NCBI GenBank assembly: GCA_963734955.1
Contig: CAVTJO010000007.1
Coordinates: 333,567-397,566 of the forward strand
DNA from: an uncultured Bacteroidota bacterium
GTDB lineage: Bacteria > Bacteroidota > Ignavibacteria > UBA10030 > UBA6906
Direction: 5' to 3'
Length of the DNA stretch: 64,000 bases
How positions within the stretch are numbered: the stretch's first letter is position 1; each line of letters begins with the position of its first letter. The notes under the pieces were generated by a model. It was given only the letters and a program-made list of their open reading frames with translations, searched no databases and was not told where the DNA came from. Positions 60,502 through 64,000 of the stretch are shown one piece after another. Both the position numbers and the translations under genes were made by a program.

Positions 60502-60915
60502 ATGGACCAGATCCCGCCTGAGGCGCTCCTTGCCGGATACCCGGACCATATCCAGATGATCGCGGAGTCGCTGCGTCGGGAGGTGATGCGCGCCGTGCCC
60601 GATGCTGTCGAGCGTGTGCGGCCCGGCTGGGGCCTCATCGGCTACGACGTGCCCGCCCGCCGGCGAACCGCCTACTTCGGCTTCGTGTGGCCCGAGGTGG
60701 CGCACGTCCACCTGGGCTTCGAGCACGGCATCCTGATGGACGACCCCGACCGACGCCTCTTGGGCTCGGGCAGGAAGCTGCGCTGGCTGACCTTCACCGA
60801 TGTCGCCGAGGTCGACCGTGACGTCATCGCACCGTTGATCGTCGAGGCGGCGCGCATCGCCGCCCTTCCCCGCGACCAGCGTCTGTCGGTCGCCCTCGAC
60901 CGCGATCTCGGCTGA
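60502..60915 (+). CDS. DUF1801 (YdhG-like) domain protein
   Basis: LRREV..AVPDAVE.V..GW..IGY, HV.LGFEHG..M.DP...L.G.G.KLR. Confidence 0.7.
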   Translation: MDQIPPEALLAGYPDHIQMIAESLRREVMRAVPDAVERVRPGWGLIGYDVPARRRTAYFGFVWPEVAHVHLGFEHGILMDDPDRRLLGSGRKLRWLTFTDVAEVDRDVIAPLIVEAARIAALPRDQRLSVALDRDLG

Positions 60916-60963
60916 CGCGGAGTCGGGGCCGGCGATGACCTGCCGCGGCCGGCGGGCTGGCCG

Positions 60964-63421
60964 TCAGGAGTCCAGATCGAGCGCCAGGAGCGCGGCCTCC
61001 ACGATGTGGTCGGTGTCGATGCCTGCATAGGCGTACAGGTCGCCGACGGTGCCCGACTGGCCGAACCGGTCCATGCCCAGCGGCACCACTGGCGCCCCGA
61101 ATGCGGCGCCGAGGAAACCGAGGGTGTGCGAGGCGCCGTCGAGCACGGTGACCATCGGTCGCCGCCGGGTCGGCTCGGGGAACAGGGTGCCGAGGTGGGG
61201 GAGGGTGGCATCGGTGCGGTCGCGGATCGACGACAGGCGTCGCCCGGCCAGCTCGGCCGACAGCCGGTCCGCGGATGTGACCACGACCAGGCTCGCCGCG
61301 ACCTCCTCGCGCACGAGCTGCCGGATCGCCTCGACGGCTTCCGGCACCACGGTGCCCACCGCGACCACGGTCACCACCGGCGCGTCCGCGGGGAGTGCCA
61401 CTCCCTGATCCGCGGCCATCTCGGCGGCTTCCAGCAGCCGATAGCCGCCGGCCAGCACCTGGCGACGCCACTCGGCGTCGCCGAGCCGCGCCCGGACGGG
61501 CTCGGCGAGCGACTGGTCCACGGCTCGCGTCGTCAGCCGCAGGTAGCTGCTGAACCCGCTGGTGCCTCGGTCGAGGACACCCCGGATGGCCTCCAGCAGG
61601 CACCACGCGGCCTCCTGCCCGAAGGCCGGTTCCCAGCTGCGGAGCCCGGGCAGCTCGATGCCCAGCGAGGGGGTGACGGTCGACTGGTGCGCGCCGCCTT
61701 CGGGGGCCAGCGTCACGCCGGAGGGCGTGGCCACGAGGATGAAGCGCGACCCGACGTACAGGGCATGGATGAGGGCGTCGAGGCCACGCGCGATGAACGG
61801 GTCGTAGACCGTGCCCAGGGGCACCAGCGGCTCATCGAACAGCTCCGCGGTCAGCCCGAACTGCGACAGCCACATGAACAGGTCCATCTCGCTGATGCCC
61901 AGCTCGATGTGCTGGCCCGACGGACCCGGCTGCCAGCGCAGGAGGCGCGGCGCGTCGTCATGGACGGGCGCCTCGACCGGTGAGAACACACCGACCCGGT
62001 TGATCCAGCCGCCGAGGTTGGTGGACACCGACACGTCCGGTGACGCGGTCACGATGCGCCTGCCGATGCCATCCTCGCGCGCGAGCGCGGCGAGCGAATC
62101 ACCCAGCACCTGCTGGGTCGAGGCCTTCGGCCCGATGCGCACGTCGACCTCGGCGGGTGCCACGGCGGCACCCATGACACCGGACGGATGGCTGGTCCGC
62201 TGCCTCAGCTCCGTCCCTCGACGCGCCAGCAAGCGGCCCTCGGGCGACCGCGGGTCGAACGCCGCCCATGGGTCGTCCGCGTCGGCACCCAGCGTCGGCG
62301 CCAGCGCCTCGATCTGTTCCGCGGTGAGCATCGCGGAGTGGTTGAGCGGGTCACCTGCGAACGGCAGCCGCCAGCCCTTCACGGTGTACGCGAAGATCAC
62401 CGCCGGGCGGGTCCGGTCGGCATCCGCGAGGTCCAGCACCCGCACCAGCGAGTCGGTGTCGTGGCCGCCGAGGTCGGAGATGAGTCGAGGCAGCTCGACG
62501 TCGTCCGTGCGACCCAGCACCTGCACCAGGCCATCCCGGTCGGCCGCATCCGCGCCCGTCAGCAGCCGCTCGCGCTGGTCCGCACCCGGTCGACGGAGGA
62601 GGCCCTGGTATTCCTCGTTGGGCATCTCGTCGATGCGTCGCCGGAGCGTCTCGCCACCGGGCGAATCGAACGCGGCCTGGAGGCGGCCGCCGTACTTCGC
62701 CTCCAGCACCTGCCATCCCGCGGCACGGAACATCTGGTCCAGGCGACGGATCCGGATGCCGGGCACGACCCGGTCGAGGCTCTGCCGGTTCAGGTCCACC
62801 AGCACGGTGACGTTGCCGAGGCCCTGGAGCGGGTCACTCGAGCACCGCCTCCCAGACGTTGCCCTCGTCCAGCTCCGCATCGCCGATCGTGGCCACGAAC
62901 CGCCGGTCCGGCCAGCGGATGGCCTCGTCCCGGATGTGCGCCCGCAGGTACTGGTCGGCGAGCGCCGCGAACATCGGCGCGACCGCACCCAGGCCGACCG
63001 ACCCGGTCGAGAAATCGATCCGGTCGGGATCCTTGGTCCGTGACGGGTACGACTGCAGCCCGCCGAACTGGCGCAACGTCGTCAGCCACCTCCGGTCGAG
63101 GTCGCCCATGAGGTACTGCAACGAGTGGTAGACCGGGCTGGAGTGGGGCTTGATGGCAACGAGGTCGTCCGCACGCAGCCAGCGCAGGTAGAGCGCGCTG
63201 AGGATCGAGACCATCGACGCGGACGAAGCCTGGTGTCCCCCCACCTTCAGCCCGTCGGGGCTGTGTCGCACCAGGTTCGCCTCGTGGATCATGCGGACCG
63301 CGAGCCACAGCACCCGTTCCTCGATCGACTCCACGATCGAGGCCGCGGGGGTGACGAGCGCGCCCGGGGCTCGCCGCCCGGTCCGCGGACGACGGCTCGC
63401 TGGTGGCTGCACGATGGTCAC
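60964..63421 (-). CDS. AceE-type homodimeric 2-oxoacid (pyruvate) dehydrogenase E1/transketolase-like protein; frameshift ~62838
   Basis: VGGHQASSAS, FSTGSVGLG, GDAELDEG (TPP motif), NRQSLD, HIELGISE, YDPF, EGGAHQS, GMDRFGQSG; GAGGAGG RBS before GTG 63421. Confidence 0.85.
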
Positions 63422-63587
63422 GTTTCCCGGCTCCTCCTCGTCCGGACCGGTTGCATTCACAGCCCGTGTCCCGGATACTGGGACGCATGTCCCGTATCAC
63501 TCAGGAGAGTAGCGTGGCGGCCGTGGTCGCGGCAACCCCTGATGTGCGGTGGGCCCTGGCACGAGACGCCGGCGAGCGGTGGTCGCG

Positions 63588-64000
63588 ATGACCGACTCGC
63601 CCATGGCCCGGTGGACGGCCGTGACGGAGGCGTTCACCGAGCGCGACACGTGGGGGGTTCGCGAGCTGGCAGCCCACACGGACCTGCCGCGGAGCGCGGT
63701 CCACCGGATCCTCCACGAGATGGCGCGCCTGGAGTTGCTGGCCGACGCGGGCGCACCCGGCCGGTTCCGGGTCGGCCCGTCACTCGCCCGGCTGTCGGTG
63801 CTGCTGGCCGAGCGCCTCGATGTGCGAACCGTGGCTCGCCCGTTCATGGAAGCAGCCGCGGCGGAGCTGGACGAGACCCTGGTGCTGGCACTCTACTCAC
63901 CGGGACGGCGGCAGATGTGGGCAGTCGACGCGGTCGAGTCAGCCCATCCCATCCGTTACATCTGGGGACCGCTGCGCCAGTGGAGTGAGCTCCACACCGG
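63588..64000 (+). CDS. IclR-family transcriptional regulator (partial, runs off the window end)
   Basis: MTDSPMARW...WGVRELAAHTDLPRSAVHRILHEM...GRFRVGPSL...ARPFMEAAAAELDETLVL; not listed in the ORF track. Confidence 0.82.
   Translation, partial: MTDSPMARWTAVTEAFTERDTWGVRELAAHTDLPRSAVHRILHEMARLELLADAGAPGRFRVGPSLARLSVLLAERLDVRTVARPFMEAAAAELDETLVLALYSPGRRQMWAVDAVESAHPIRYIWGPLRQWSELHT

Noticed and set aside
57233-63988. Numerous long Arg/Pro/Gly-rich overlapping ORFs (e.g. 57233..58945, 61811..63043, 63125..63988)
   Set aside because: These are shadow ORFs expected in high-GC DNA, overlapping well-supported genes.
58541-64000. Horizontally acquired genomic island
   Set aside because: Genes are broken on both sides of the join, there are no mobility genes or att repeats, and the content is ordinary metabolic and regulatory genes, so a chimera is the simpler explanation.

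Overview
The window appears to join two different genomes. Bases 1 to ~58,540 are moderate-GC (roughly 50% by eye). Ignavibacteria-style T9SS C-terminal domains (QNYPNPFNP) and a PorV/PorQ-like barrel suggest an FCB-group bacterium (Ignavibacteria or Bacteroidota-like; inference). This part holds: the end of an rRNA operon (23S 3' end, 5S); four tandem LamG-like lipoprotein genes with variable central loops, followed by a beta-propeller sensor kinase, a NarL-type regulator and a T9SS beta-propeller protein; an S9 peptidase, a degenerate sigma54-activator-like protein, clpC and a rhodanese. It then carries a ~38 kb surface-glycan locus with a GT-C protein, deacetylases, two DUF4038/GH140-like secreted proteins sharing an apparently identical 1,500-bp core, a CDP-sugar/C-methyltransferase/DUF4910 operon with a Cys-rich tandem SH3-like protein, GT2/GT4/GT9/WecB glycosyltransferases, a UbiA-family DPPR-synthase homologue, Wzy/Wzc/Wza, a WecA fusion, and a carbamoyltransferase-SxtJ-DUF5989 triad directly upstream of carAB. 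At ~58,540 carB is cut mid-gene and the sequence switches abruptly to high GC (roughly 70% by eye), carrying a hypothetical protein, LysR, DUF1801, an AceE-like E1 and a partial IclR. This is most likely a chimeric join. Many genes carry small frameshifts, several in short homopolymer runs, consistent with unpolished long-read errors rather than true pseudogenes. The most interesting candidates are the diversified lectin-like lipoprotein array next to the sensor kinase, the glycan O-carbamoylation module next to carAB, the tandem SH3/Cys protein in the branched-sugar operon, the exact 1.5-kb module duplication and an 11-bp-period repeat array.
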